A stretch of DNA of 64,000 nucleotides from Candidatus Omnitrophota bacterium (GCA_018400015.1 JAGYNB010000001.1:134815-198814), one strand, 5' to 3'. Counted from the stretch's first letter, positions 39,472-49,470 are shown. The notes: generated by a model not told the origin, from the sequence alone. Numbers and translations: made by a program.

Positions 39472-40638
39472 ATGAAAAGTTTTGTATCAAAAATAACTAA
39501 GCAGCTTAAGTCTTCAGGGATCAGGGAGTTTTTTGACTTGGTTTTAGGGATGAAGGAGGTAATTTCCTTAGGTGTGGGAGAGCCTGATTTTGTCACTCCC
39601 TGGCAGATAACAGAGGCCGGTATTTATTCTCTAGAGCAGGGTTTTACAAGTTATACTTCCAATAAAGGGCTTTATAAACTTAGGCTTGGCATATCTAAGT
39701 ATCTGTATAAGAACTATAAATTGGATTATTGCCCGGACGATGAAATTCTTATCACTGTGGGGGTCAGCGAGGCTTTAGATTTAGCTTTGCGCGCAATAAT
39801 AAATCCGGGGGATAAGGTTATTATTCCTATCCCCAGTTATGTATCATACGGCCCGGTTACGGAGTTAGCTGGAGGAAGGCCGGTTTATATCGACACAACA
39901 AAGACTAATTTCAAATTAAGTCCAAAGGACTTATTAAAAAATATCGATAGTAAAACCAAGGCAGTGATATTAAACTATCCAACTAATCCTACGGGCGTTA
40001 CTTATACCAAGGATGAGTTGATGGAATTTAACAGGATAGTCAGCAAAAAAGAGATTCTTTGCATAACCGACGAGGTCTACGGCGATCTTTCTTATGATTT
40101 TGAACATATTCCTTTTGCAACATTAAAGGGTGCAAAGAAACATACGCTTTATCTGAATGGTTTTTCCAAGAGCTATGCGATGACTGGTTGGCGGGTTGGT
40201 TTTGCATGCGGGCCGAAAGATTTAATTTCAGCGATGACAAAAATTCATCAATATACTATTATGTGTGTTTCAAGTACTTCGCAGTGGGCTTCTTATGAAG
40301 CTTTGCATTCAGGCAGAAAATCAGTTGACCAGATGAAGCTTGAATATAAAAGAAGAAGGGAATTCGTTTACAATGTTTTTAATTCTATGGGCTTAAATTG
40401 TGTAAAACCTCAAGGGGCTTTTTATTGTTTTGTTTCTATTAAAAGTACCGGTTTAAGTTCTGTAGAGTTTTCTAAGCGTTTGTTAAAGCAGTATAAAGTA
40501 GCAGTTGTTCCTGGGGTTGCTTTTGGAGATAATGCAGAAGGATATATCAGGGTTTCCTATGCGGAGAATTTCGAAAAGCTTAAAGAGGCATTGAATAGAA
40601 TCACGGAATTTGTCGCGAAAATAAAAAATAAAAATTAA
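39472..40638 (+). CDS. Class I/II PLP aminotransferase (YugH/AlaT-like)
   Basis: SGIREFFD, LGVGEPDF, NYPTNPTG, DEVY, SKSYAMTGWRVG. Confidence 0.93.
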   Translation: MKSFVSKITKQLKSSGIREFFDLVLGMKEVISLGVGEPDFVTPWQITEAGIYSLEQGFTSYTSNKGLYKLRLGISKYLYKNYKLDYCPDDEILITVGVSEALDLALRAIINPGDKVIIPIPSYVSYGPVTELAGGRPVYIDTTKTNFKLSPKDLLKNIDSKTKAVILNYPTNPTGVTYTKDELMEFNRIVSKKEILCITDEVYGDLSYDFEHIPFATLKGAKKHTLYLNGFSKSYAMTGWRVGFACGPKDLISAMTKIHQYTIMCVSSTSQWASYEALHSGRKSVDQMKLEYKRRREFVYNVFNSMGLNCVKPQGAFYCFVSIKSTGLSSVEFSKRLLKQYKVAVVPGVAFGDNAEGYIRVSYAENFEKLKEALNRITEFVAKIKNKN

Positions 40639-40654
40639 AACAAGGAAGGTTCGT

Positions 40655-41020
40655 ATGCCACAGAAAAATATTTTGGTAGTTGATGACGAGCAATCAATTA
40701 GAGAGACGATGAAATCTGTACTTGAGGATCATGGATACTCCGTGCGCTTGGCCGATGATGGCATAACTGCTTTAAATGCAATTAAAGAGTCGATCCCTGA
40801 TTTGATAATATCAGATATTAAGATGAAGGATATGGATGGTTACACTCTTTTGCAGGAGCTTAAAAAAAGAGATCTCTCTAGTAAGGTTGCGGTTATAGTT
40901 GTTACTGGCTACAGTGATATGCAGGATTTATTTAGTCTTCAGGAGGTAGCTGATTATATCGTAAAGCCTTTTAATAATGATGACCTGCTTTTAAGAATTG
41001 CCCGCGTTTTGAATAAATGA
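40655..41020 (+). CDS. Single-domain response regulator receiver protein
   Basis: VVDDE, phospho-Asp in ISDIKM, VTG, VKPF. Confidence 0.92.
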   Translation: MPQKNILVVDDEQSIRETMKSVLEDHGYSVRLADDGITALNAIKESIPDLIISDIKMKDMDGYTLLQELKKRDLSSKVAVIVVTGYSDMQDLFSLQEVADYIVKPFNNDDLLLRIARVLNK

Positions 41021-41724
41021 AAAAGAAAAAGCCCACTTCTTTTAGAAAACATATTGAAGGTCTTTCTAAGATAAGCGAAACAATAGTTTCAGATTTATAC
41101 CTTGAGGACATCCTAAGGCTTGTCGTCATGGTTACGGCAGAAGTTATGGATTCCAAGATTTGTTCTTTGCTTTTGTTAGATGCTGAAAAAAACGAACTTG
41201 TTGTGCGTGCAACGCAATCAGTCAGTGAGTCGTATAACAAAAAACCTAATATAAATTTAGGGGAAGGCATAGCCGGTAAGGTGGCCTTAGAAAAAAAGCC
41301 CATAGTTGTGCCAGATGTAAGAAAAGAACCACTTTATAGAAATAGAGAAATAGCGCAAAAAGAAAAGCTTTGTTCTTTGTTAAGCGTACCGATGCAGGTA
41401 AAAGGCAAAGTAATAGGAGTGTTGAATATATACACTTCCAAAAGGCATAAGTTTCTCAAAGAAGAGGTGGCTGTTTTAAGTGCTGTAGCAAACCAGGCGG
41501 CGATTGCAATTGAGAATGCAAGACTTCTGATGCATTCAAAGACGATTGAGCAGGAGTTGAAGGTGCGTAAGCTTGTCGAGCGCGCCAAAGGGATATTAAT
41601 GAGAAAGTTAGGCCTTGGCGAGGAAGAGGCGTTTCGTAAGATCCAGAAGCAGGCGATGAATATGCGTAAGAGCATGCAGGAGATTGCCGAAGCGATTATT
41701 CTAAGTAAGGAAATAATATCATAA
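41017..41724 (+). CDS. GAF + ANTAR domain RNA-binding antiterminator
   Basis: GAF (GEGIAG, SLLSVPM, ANQAAIAIENA) followed by ANTAR (RKLVERAKGILM...EEEAF...AEAII). Confidence 0.92.
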   Translation: MKKKKPTSFRKHIEGLSKISETIVSDLYLEDILRLVVMVTAEVMDSKICSLLLLDAEKNELVVRATQSVSESYNKKPNINLGEGIAGKVALEKKPIVVPDVRKEPLYRNREIAQKEKLCSLLSVPMQVKGKVIGVLNIYTSKRHKFLKEEVAVLSAVANQAAIAIENARLLMHSKTIEQELKVRKLVERAKGILMRKLGLGEEEAFRKIQKQAMNMRKSMQEIAEAIILSKEIIS

Positions 41725-41733
41725 GGTAAACAG

Positions 41734-43257
41734 ATGAATAATATTGGTTTTGATAATGAAAAATATTTAAAAGAGCAGACCAGCGCAATTTTAGACAGGG
41801 TTAAGAAGTTTGATAACAAACTTTATTTGGAATTTGGCGGAAAGCTTTGTTATGATTATCATGCAGCAAGAGTTTTGCCAGGTTATGATCCTAACGTAAA
41901 GTTAAGGCTTTTGCATTCGTTAAAGGATAAGATAGATATCGTTTTATGCGTTTATGCATCAGATATCGAGAATGGCAGAGTAAGAGGGGATTTTGGTATT
42001 ACTTATGATGCGGCAACATTCAAACTTATTGATGATTTAAGAGGCTGGGGTTTGGATATTTTAGCAGTTGTGATTACCCGATATTCCGGTCAACCTTCGG
42101 CAAAGATATTTAAAAATAAATTAGAACATCGTAACGTAAAGGTGTATTTGTCTTATCCTATAGAAGGATACCCAACTAGTATTGATTTGGTTGTTAATGA
42201 TGATGGTTTTGGAAAGAATGAGTTCGTTGAAACCAAGAAACCGATAGTGGTGGTTACTGCTCCCGGGCCAAACAGCGGTAAGCTTTCAACATGTCTATCG
42301 CAGCTTTATCAAGAACATAAGCGCGGCATTATTGCCGGGTATGCTAAGTTTGAAACCTTTCCCATATGGAATCTTCCCTTGAAACATCCGGTTAACGTAG
42401 CTTATGAAGCAGCAACTGCGGATATCCAGGATTTTAATTTGGTTGATCCGTTTCATTTGAATGCATATCACAAAACCACAATTAATTACAATAGGGACGT
42501 GGAAAGTTTTCCCATATTGAAACTTATGTTAAATAAGATTTATGAAAAGAACAAGAAATTACCTTCTTATAATTCACCGACGGATATGGGGGTTAATAGG
42601 GCTGGTTTTGGTATAATCGATGATCAGGTGGTAAGAACGGCAGCAAAACAGGAGTTGATCAGAAGATATTTTCGTTATAATACCGAGTATATATTGGGAA
42701 TTGAAAAGAAATCTACCGTAGAAAGAGTTGCTGCTTTAATGGAAGAGTTGGCTGTAAAAATATCTGATAGAAGCGTTGTGGATGTTGCACGTAAAGCAGC
42801 GACTGAGGCTGAAACCAAAGGCAAGGGTAATGAAGGCATATTCTGTGGCGCAGCAATAGAACTTTCCAATAAGAAGATTATTGCCGGAAAAAACTCTAAA
42901 CTTATGCATGCAGCTTCAAGTGTGATACTTAATTCTATTAAGGTATTAGCTAATATTCCAGATGAGATATTGCTTTTGTCTCCTCACGTAATAAGTCAGA
43001 TCTCAAAATTAAAAGAGGGTATTTTAAGCGGAGAATCAGAAAGTTTAGATCTTGAAGAAACTCTAATCGCTCTTTCTATAAGCGCTGCTACCAATCATAC
43101 GGTAGAATTGGCAATGTCTAAACTAAAAGATTTAAGAGGCTGTGAGGTGCACATGACGCACATACCTACTCCCGGAGACGAAGTTGGTTTTCAAAGGCTG
43201 GGGGTTAATCTTACTACTGACGGTCAGTTTTCATCTAGGAATCTTTTCGTTACTTAA
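41734..43257 (+). CDS. DUF1846 family protein (putative P-loop NTPase)
   Basis: GFDNEKY, LYLEFGGKL, DYHAARVLPG, APGPNSGK, GYAKFETFPIWNLPLKHPVN, SPTDMGVN. Confidence 0.88.
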   Translation: MNNIGFDNEKYLKEQTSAILDRVKKFDNKLYLEFGGKLCYDYHAARVLPGYDPNVKLRLLHSLKDKIDIVLCVYASDIENGRVRGDFGITYDAATFKLIDDLRGWGLDILAVVITRYSGQPSAKIFKNKLEHRNVKVYLSYPIEGYPTSIDLVVNDDGFGKNEFVETKKPIVVVTAPGPNSGKLSTCLSQLYQEHKRGIIAGYAKFETFPIWNLPLKHPVNVAYEAATADIQDFNLVDPFHLNAYHKTTINYNRDVESFPILKLMLNKIYEKNKKLPSYNSPTDMGVNRAGFGIIDDQVVRTAAKQELIRRYFRYNTEYILGIEKKSTVERVAALMEELAVKISDRSVVDVARKAATEAETKGKGNEGIFCGAAIELSNKKIIAGKNSKLMHAASSVILNSIKVLANIPDEILLLSPHVISQISKLKEGILSGESESLDLEETLIALSISAATNHTVELAMSKLKDLRGCEVHMTHIPTPGDEVGFQRLGVNLTTDGQFSSRNLFVT

Positions 43258-43260
43258 AAT

Positions 43261-44646
43261 ATGATTAAAGAGTCTTGCGGAGTATTTGGAGTTTACGGTG
43301 ATAGTAACGCTTCTTTGCTTACTTATCTTGGGCTGTATGCTCTTCAGCATAGAGGTCAGGAAAGTGCAGGGATTGTTACTAGTGATAGAGGAAAGATTTC
43401 TTTTTACAAGGATTTGGGGTTGGTAAACGAGGTGTTTACCGACGATATACTAAAAAATCTAAAAGGCGATATGGCTGTGGGTCATGTACGTTATTCAACC
43501 ACGGGTTCATCTTGCGTAAGAAACATCCAGCCGTTTCTGGCAGAATTCAGAGGTTCTGTGATTGCCTTAGGTCACAATGGCAATCTTACCAATGCAGTAG
43601 AACTGCATAATCTATTAGAAGAAAAGGGTGCGATTTTTCAGTCTAGCATGGACAGCGAGGTTATAGTTCATCTTATCGCCCATTCCCAGGAAGATTCATT
43701 TGAAAAAAGAGTTACTGCGAGTCTAAAAAAATTAAAGGGTGCATATTCGCTTGTGTTTATGACTAAAGATAGGTTAATTGGAGCACGCGATCCTTTTGGT
43801 TTTAGGCCTTTATGTTTAGGTCGGTTAGGCAAATCATTTATTTTAGCATCAGAAACCAGCGCGTTAGATTTAATAAATGCTAAATATGTAAGAGACATTC
43901 GTCCTGGTGAAGTAGTTTTTATCAATAAAAAAGGAATAAAAAGCATTTATTTTTCTCAAAGCATTAAGCAGTCATCTTGTATGTTTGAATATATTTATTT
44001 TGCCAGGCCAGATAGCAATATTTTCGGACGCAACGTTTATAGGGTAAGGAAAGCGCTGGGAGAGCAGTTGGCTGAGGAAGTTAGTATTGATGCGGATTTA
44101 GTTGTTCCTGTACCTGACTCCGGTAATTATGCAGCTTTAGGTTTTGCCCAGAAGAAAAATATTGCTTATGAGCCGGCAGTAATACGCAATCATTATATAG
44201 GAAGAACTTTTATAGAGCCAAGCCAGAGGATGAGAGATCTAAAGGTGAGATTAAAACTTAATCCGGCAAAAGAGATTATTGATGGCAAAAGAATTATTAT
44301 TGTAGAGGATTCTATCGTAAGGGGTACTACCACTAAGGCGAGAATTAGAACCTTGAGAGAAGCGGGTGCAAAGAAAATCCATATGCTGGTTAGTTGTCCA
44401 CCGATTAAATACCCTTGTTTTTATGGGATTGATTTCCCGACACGAAAAGAATTGATTGCTTCTTCAAAATCAATTGAGAAGATAAGAAAGTTTCTTGAAC
44501 TCGATTCCTTATATTATTTAAGTCTTAAAGGAATGTTAAGGGCAATGACCGATCAAAAGACTAAATTGTGTTTGGCCTGTTTTAACGGCGATTATGCCGA
44601 AACAATAAGCAGGAGAATATCAAAAACTAGTTTAGAGACAAGGTAG
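43261..44646 (+). CDS. purF: Amidophosphoribosyltransferase
   Basis: ESCGVFG Ntn Cys, LQHRGQE, GHVRYST, YFARPDS, DSIVRGTT, FYGIDFP. Confidence 0.97.
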   Translation: MIKESCGVFGVYGDSNASLLTYLGLYALQHRGQESAGIVTSDRGKISFYKDLGLVNEVFTDDILKNLKGDMAVGHVRYSTTGSSCVRNIQPFLAEFRGSVIALGHNGNLTNAVELHNLLEEKGAIFQSSMDSEVIVHLIAHSQEDSFEKRVTASLKKLKGAYSLVFMTKDRLIGARDPFGFRPLCLGRLGKSFILASETSALDLINAKYVRDIRPGEVVFINKKGIKSIYFSQSIKQSSCMFEYIYFARPDSNIFGRNVYRVRKALGEQLAEEVSIDADLVVPVPDSGNYAALGFAQKKNIAYEPAVIRNHYIGRTFIEPSQRMRDLKVRLKLNPAKEIIDGKRIIIVEDSIVRGTTTKARIRTLREAGAKKIHMLVSCPPIKYPCFYGIDFPTRKELIASSKSIEKIRKFLELDSLYYLSLKGMLRAMTDQKTKLCLACFNGDYAETISRRISKTSLETR

Positions 44647-44653
44647 GATAGTT

Positions 44654-44983
44654 ATGGAAAATATTGTTTCTGTTTTAAGGGCGGTATATTTCGTGTTGAA
44701 GAAAAATTTGTTTGATTTCCGCTTTACATTTGATAACCCATGGTTGTGGATTTGCTTTGGGATTATTGTGTTTTGGATGTTGAAGTATTGGAACTTAAAG
44801 AAGATTATCTGGTTTGTTATTTGTATAGGAACCCTTATTTTCTTAAGAAGCAAGGTATATGAATATTTAGCTTCTTATATGCCTGGTCCTAGAGAAGGCT
44901 ACTCAGATATGCTTGTGGGAATTATTTTTTCTATTACGGTAGTAATCGTAGTAATTTATTTTTTGTTTGTCAGACAAGAGTGA
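44654..44983 (+). CDS. Hypothetical small membrane protein (about 3 TM)
   Basis: AGGA RBS, hydrophobic helices, fills the operon gap. Confidence 0.7.
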   Translation: MENIVSVLRAVYFVLKKNLFDFRFTFDNPWLWICFGIIVFWMLKYWNLKKIIWFVICIGTLIFLRSKVYEYLASYMPGPREGYSDMLVGIIFSITVVIVVIYFLFVRQE

Positions 44984-45002
44984 TCATTCTAAGGAGATAT
45001 AT

Positions 45003-45452
45003 ATGAGTTTAGAAAATAAGATATTAGAGGATTATAAGATAGCTTTAAAGAATAAAAATAAACTTAAAGCATCTGTTTTAAGTTTGTTGCGCTCAGAGAT
45101 TAAGAATTATCTTATTCAGACGCAAGACAAAGAAATGTCAGATGAAGATGTGATAAGGGTAATCAAAAAACACACCGCGAAAAATCAGGATTCAATAAAT
45201 CAGTTTGAATCCGGCAATAGGAAAGATCTGGCCGAAAAAGAAAAACAGGAATACCTAATTCTTAAAGAATACCTTCCCGAGGAGCTCAGTGAAGAAAAGA
45301 TCAGGCAAACTATCGAATCCGTAATTAGTGAGCTTAATGCTCAAGATATAAAGGCAATGGGAGCCGTGATGAAAGAGGTCCTCTCAAGAATAGGTTCTCA
45401 GGCTGACGGTAAGCTGGTGAGTTCTATTGTAAAAGAAAAACTTTCCTCTTAA
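45003..45452 (+). CDS. GatB/YqeY domain protein
   Basis: AAGGAG RBS before ATG 45003; YLPEELSEE, MGAVMK, ADGKLVS. Confidence 0.9.
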   Translation: MSLENKILEDYKIALKNKNKLKASVLSLLRSEIKNYLIQTQDKEMSDEDVIRVIKKHTAKNQDSINQFESGNRKDLAEKEKQEYLILKEYLPEELSEEKIRQTIESVISELNAQDIKAMGAVMKEVLSRIGSQADGKLVSSIVKEKLSS

Positions 45453-45459
45453 AAAGATT

Positions 45460-46602
45460 TCAAGAACAAATAAAATTGTTGATTATTGTGGCGCCTCGTT
45501 CTGTGGCGCCTTTTTCTCCCAGTGCAGTTTTTACTTCATTGAGCTTATTCTTGATATATTTGATTTTTTCAGGGTTGTTGAAGATAAAATCCATATCGAA
45601 AGCTATTTTCTCTGGGTGGGCATCAAACTGAATATATTCAGGAATGATTTTTTGTCCGGCAACGACATTAACCAGACCGATATAATCTATTTTTATTAGC
45701 AGTTTGGCAATAAGCCAGGTTAGTAGGTTGACTTTATAGATTATAAACATAGGCTTATTAAGGATTGCAGTTTCTAATGTTGCTGTGCCAGATGCAACAA
45801 GACAAAATTCGCTGGCATTTATGCCGTCATAGGTATCATTTTCAATGATTGGAGCATTTAGTGTAGTTTTAGCCACTATTTCTTTAAACATTTCGATATT
45901 CAATTCAGTCGGTTTTAAAATAACAAATTGAACATTTTTAGTTTTTTTAGAAAACAGCAGGCAACTTTTGAGCATGATTGAGAGGTTCTTTCTTATTTCG
46001 TTTGCCCTTGAGCCCGGCAAAAGGGCAATTATTCTTTTATTCGGATCGAGTTTGTGTTTATCGATAAACTGGTTTTTGTTTTTTGTTGTATTTACATGGT
46101 CTAGTAGCGGATGCCCAATGAAGTCCGTATCAATATATTCTTGCTCATATAGTTTTTTTTCAAATTTAAAGAAAACAAGCATTTTGTCAACAACCTGTTT
46201 TATTAATTTGATTCTTTTTTTATTCCAGGCCCATATCTGCGGGCTGATGTAATAAATTATCTTAATATTATTATTTATTTTTCTTATTTCTTTTGCCAGG
46301 CGCAGGTTAAATCCGGGGTAATCGACAAGTATTAAAGCTTCAGGTTGTTTTTTTTCAATATGTTCGGTTAATTGCATGAATACCTGTTTAAATTTATTGT
46401 AGTGTTTTAAAACCTCCCAAAAACCCACAACAGCGAGTTCGCTGAGATTATAAATGATATCAACCCCAGCCTGCTGCATTTTATAACCACCGAGGCCGCT
46501 GATGACTAATTGTGGATTAATAGTTTTTAGTTTTTTAACGAGATTAGCTGCGTGGAAGTCTCCTGAGGGTTCGCCAGCAACTATTACGATGTTTTTATAC
46601 AT
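45460..46602 (-). CDS. lpxB: Lipid-A-disaccharide synthase
   Basis: VAGEPSGD, DYPGFN, YYISPQIWAW, GHPL, LLPGSR, SGTATLE. Confidence 0.96.
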   Translation of the reverse strand: MYKNIVIVAGEPSGDFHAANLVKKLKTINPQLVISGLGGYKMQQAGVDIIYNLSELAVVGFWEVLKHYNKFKQVFMQLTEHIEKKQPEALILVDYPGFNLRLAKEIRKINNNIKIIYYISPQIWAWNKKRIKLIKQVVDKMLVFFKFEKKLYEQEYIDTDFIGHPLLDHVNTTKNKNQFIDKHKLDPNKRIIALLPGSRANEIRKNLSIMLKSCLLFSKKTKNVQFVILKPTELNIEMFKEIVAKTTLNAPIIENDTYDGINASEFCLVASGTATLETAILNKPMFIIYKVNLLTWLIAKLLIKIDYIGLVNVVAGQKIIPEYIQFDAHPEKIAFDMDFIFNNPEKIKYIKNKLNEVKTALGEKGATERGATIINNFICS

Positions 46603-47512
46603 CTATTTTCTTTATTATTTTTAACGCAACCGAAAGCGCATCTCGTGCTTCAACTCCAGAAACAACGGGTTTTTTCTTTAGCCTCATGCATTGTAAGAAT
46701 GATGCGATTTCTTTTCTTAATGGTTGTTCTTTTTCGATTGGTATAGCTTCTTTTAATATTCCTGCCCGTGTTTTCTTATAAATAAAAGCCTCTTGCTTAA
46801 AGTAGTCCATAGATATATATGTATTAGGTAAGAATATGCGGATTTTTCTCATGTATTCGTCTGATATTCTGCTGGCGGTTAGATTTACGCTGCAATTATT
46901 TTCAAAAGTTAATCTAGCGTTAGCGATATCCTCAAATTGGGTGAGTACTTTTACTCCCACGGCATCAATACGTTTTATTTTGGATTTTACCAGACCCAGG
47001 ACTATATCAATATCATGGATCATTATGTCTAGCACTGCCCCTACGTCCAGAGACCTTCCAGGAAAGGGGCTCAAACGGTGACATTCGATGAATTTAGGAT
47101 TCTTTATATTCTTTTCAATGCTTTGGAAAGCGCAATTGAAGCGTTCAATATGCCCAACCTGTAAGATAACCTCATTTTTTTTTGCTATGGCAATAAGCCG
47201 GTCGGCTTGTTTGAGGTTAACCGTTATTGGTTTTTCCACAAGACAATGGATTTTATTTTCCAGAAAATATTTAGCAATTTTATAATGTAAGCATGTTGGT
47301 ACACATATGCTTACGGCATGTAAGTTTTTGATAGGGATTTTCTTATAATCAGAGTAGAAAACTTCTTTTAAAGGGTTTGGAAGTTTACGTATTGATTCAT
47401 GATTATTATCGCAAGTTGCTACAATATTTGCAGTTTTGATTCTGAGGTAAGTTTCAGCATGTTTTGAACCTAATTTTCCCAGTCCGATAATCGCGATATT
47501 GGTCTTTTTCAT
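46595..47512 (-). CDS. Gfo/Idh/MocA oxidoreductase, GnnA-like (UDP-GlcNAc 3-dehydrogenase candidate)
   Basis: GLGKLG, EKP, VGHIERFN, DIMIHDID, DIANARL, TASRIS; overlaps the lpxB start. Confidence 0.8.
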   Translation of the reverse strand: MKKTNIAIIGLGKLGSKHAETYLRIKTANIVATCDNNHESIRKLPNPLKEVFYSDYKKIPIKNLHAVSICVPTCLHYKIAKYFLENKIHCLVEKPITVNLKQADRLIAIAKKNEVILQVGHIERFNCAFQSIEKNIKNPKFIECHRLSPFPGRSLDVGAVLDIMIHDIDIVLGLVKSKIKRIDAVGVKVLTQFEDIANARLTFENNCSVNLTASRISDEYMRKIRIFLPNTYISMDYFKQEAFIYKKTRAGILKEAIPIEKEQPLRKEIASFLQCMRLKKKPVVSGVEARDALSVALKIIKKIDV

Positions 47513-47521
47513 ATATTTGTA

Positions 47522-47565
47522 ATCATAGCAAAGCGCTTGTTAAAAGTCAATAATTGTGATAAAAT
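47522..47565. promoter_or_regulatory. Overlapping divergent sigma70 promoters for gnnA-lpxB and msbA
   Basis: Minus strand TTGACT-17-TATGAT (47550-47522); plus strand TTGTTA-17-TAAAAT with TG extension (47537-47565). Confidence 0.65.
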
Positions 47566-47573
47566 ACCTCGCT

Positions 47574-49367
47574 ATGAAAGATTATTTGAAGCTTTTAAGG
47601 TTTGTTAAACCTTATTGGTTTTTGTTCATAATTGCCGCAGTATTTATGGGGTTTACTGCTATATTTGACGGTGCTTCTATTGGTATGATTGTTCCTTTGG
47701 CCGATAATGTCCTAACAGGAAAAGAAATTATTGTACCGGTTGAGCTTCCCGCATATTTAGATAATTTTATAAATACAGTCAACCAGATGGAACCTTTAGT
47801 GCTTTTAAAAATAATGTCATTAGTGGTGTTGGCTGTAATTTTCTTAAAAGGGGTAGCGAGTTTTATCTATAGTTATGTGATGTCCGATATCGGTCAGAAG
47901 GTTATGCGTGATATAAGAGCCAAGATCTATGATAAATTTTTGGGGTTTTCTCTTGATTTTTATGCTAGGAAAAAGGCAGGAGAGCTTATTTCCAGAATCA
48001 CTAATGATGTTAGGGTTGTTGAAAATGCCGTGTCGTACGGTTTTACCGATCTTATATACCAGACGTTCCAGATAATCGTTTTTACTTGTGTAGTGCTGTT
48101 TATCAATTGGAAATTGTCCCTTTTTATTTTTGTAGCTTTGCCATTATTGGTTGTCCCAATAGTAAAGGTCGGAAAGAAGTTGCGAAAGCTTTCTAAAGTT
48201 TCACAGGAGAAAATGGCGGATATTAATTGTTCGATTAATGAGACAATTTTTGGCATAAGGATCGTTAAAGCCTTCTGCGCTGAGATCTATGAAAGAAAGA
48301 AATTCAATTTATTCAATAATAGTTATTATAAGGTGATGATGAAGTCTATTAAAAGAACTCTTATTTTGTCTCCTGCAACTGAGTTTATAGGTGCTGTAGC
48401 AGGTGTATTCGTTTTTTTCTTCGGCGGTAAAGAAGTAATTGAAGGTAGAATGTCTTTTGGTATATTTGGTTTGTTTTTGGGGTCATTGCTTTCCATGGTA
48501 AGGCCGTTTAAGAAATTAAGCCAGGTTAACTCTTTGATTCAGCAGGCTGTGGCAGCAAGCACCAGGATTTACGATATAATAGATGAAAGCTCTTCTATAA
48601 AAGATTCTGAACAGGCTATAGAACTAAGGTCTTTTAATGAAAAAATAGTTTTTGAGAATGTAAGGTTTAAGTATGAAACACAGGAAGTGTTAAAAGGGAT
48701 TAACCTAGCGGTTAACAAAAATGAGTTTATTGCAATTGTCGGACCAAGCGGAGCTGGCAAAAGTACACTTCTAGATTTAATTCCCAGGTTTTATGATCCG
48801 ACAAGTGGAAAGATAACAATTGATGGAGAGGATATACGAAAATATTCTTTAAGTTCTTTAAGAAGACATATAGGAATTGTTTCTCAAGAAACCATACTTT
48901 TTAATGATTCGGTAAAAGCTAATATCGCCTATGGCGCAAATAATTATTCCCAAGAGGACATAATTTCAGCAGCAAAAAAAGCGAATGCGCATGATTTTAT
49001 TATGAATTTGCCAGTTGGCTACGATACAATTATCGGTGATAGAGGATTTAAGCTTTCTGGCGGAGAAAAGCAGCGTCTGGCTATTGCCCGGGCAATGCTT
49101 AAGAATCCGCAGGTGCTTATTCTTGATGAGGCAACAAGTCAGCTTGATACGCAGTCAGAAAGGCTTGTTCAGGATGCTTTGGATAGATTAATGGAGTCAA
49201 GAACGGTATTTGTTATAGCACATAGACTTTCGACTGTGAAAAATGCCGATAGAATACTTGTTATTGACAAAGGAGAGGTTGTTCAGCTGGGACTTCATGC
49301 AGAGCTGGTTAATAAGCAGGGTGTATATAAACAGCTTTATGATATGCAATTTGTGGAAAAACAATAA
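47574..49367 (+). CDS. msbA: Lipid A export ABC transporter MsbA-like
   Basis: TM domain (GELISRITND), GPSGAGKST, LSGGEKQR, ILDEATS, IAHRLST; divergent from lpxB; start ATG 47574. Confidence 0.82.
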   Translation: MKDYLKLLRFVKPYWFLFIIAAVFMGFTAIFDGASIGMIVPLADNVLTGKEIIVPVELPAYLDNFINTVNQMEPLVLLKIMSLVVLAVIFLKGVASFIYSYVMSDIGQKVMRDIRAKIYDKFLGFSLDFYARKKAGELISRITNDVRVVENAVSYGFTDLIYQTFQIIVFTCVVLFINWKLSLFIFVALPLLVVPIVKVGKKLRKLSKVSQEKMADINCSINETIFGIRIVKAFCAEIYERKKFNLFNNSYYKVMMKSIKRTLILSPATEFIGAVAGVFVFFFGGKEVIEGRMSFGIFGLFLGSLLSMVRPFKKLSQVNSLIQQAVAASTRIYDIIDESSSIKDSEQAIELRSFNEKIVFENVRFKYETQEVLKGINLAVNKNEFIAIVGPSGAGKSTLLDLIPRFYDPTSGKITIDGEDIRKYSLSSLRRHIGIVSQETILFNDSVKANIAYGANNYSQEDIISAAKKANAHDFIMNLPVGYDTIIGDRGFKLSGGEKQRLAIARAMLKNPQVLILDEATSQLDTQSERLVQDALDRLMESRTVFVIAHRLSTVKNADRILVIDKGEVVQLGLHAELVNKQGVYKQLYDMQFVEKQ

Positions 49368-49441
49368 TAAAACCGGTTTTATTTGAAATTTTTTCCTCAT
49401 TTACTGCAAATTATTAAATAAAAACTATTTTATAAAATATC

Positions 49442-49470
49442 TTGGAATTATTTATTTATTGTGGTATATT
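49442..49470 (+). promoter_or_regulatory. rpsB operon promoter
   Basis: TTGGAA-17-TATATT with TG extension; GGAGG RBS downstream. Confidence 0.6.

Noticed and set aside
45487-45511. Direct repeat TGTGGCGCCT x2
   Set aside because: Coding coincidence in lpxB (GATERGAT)
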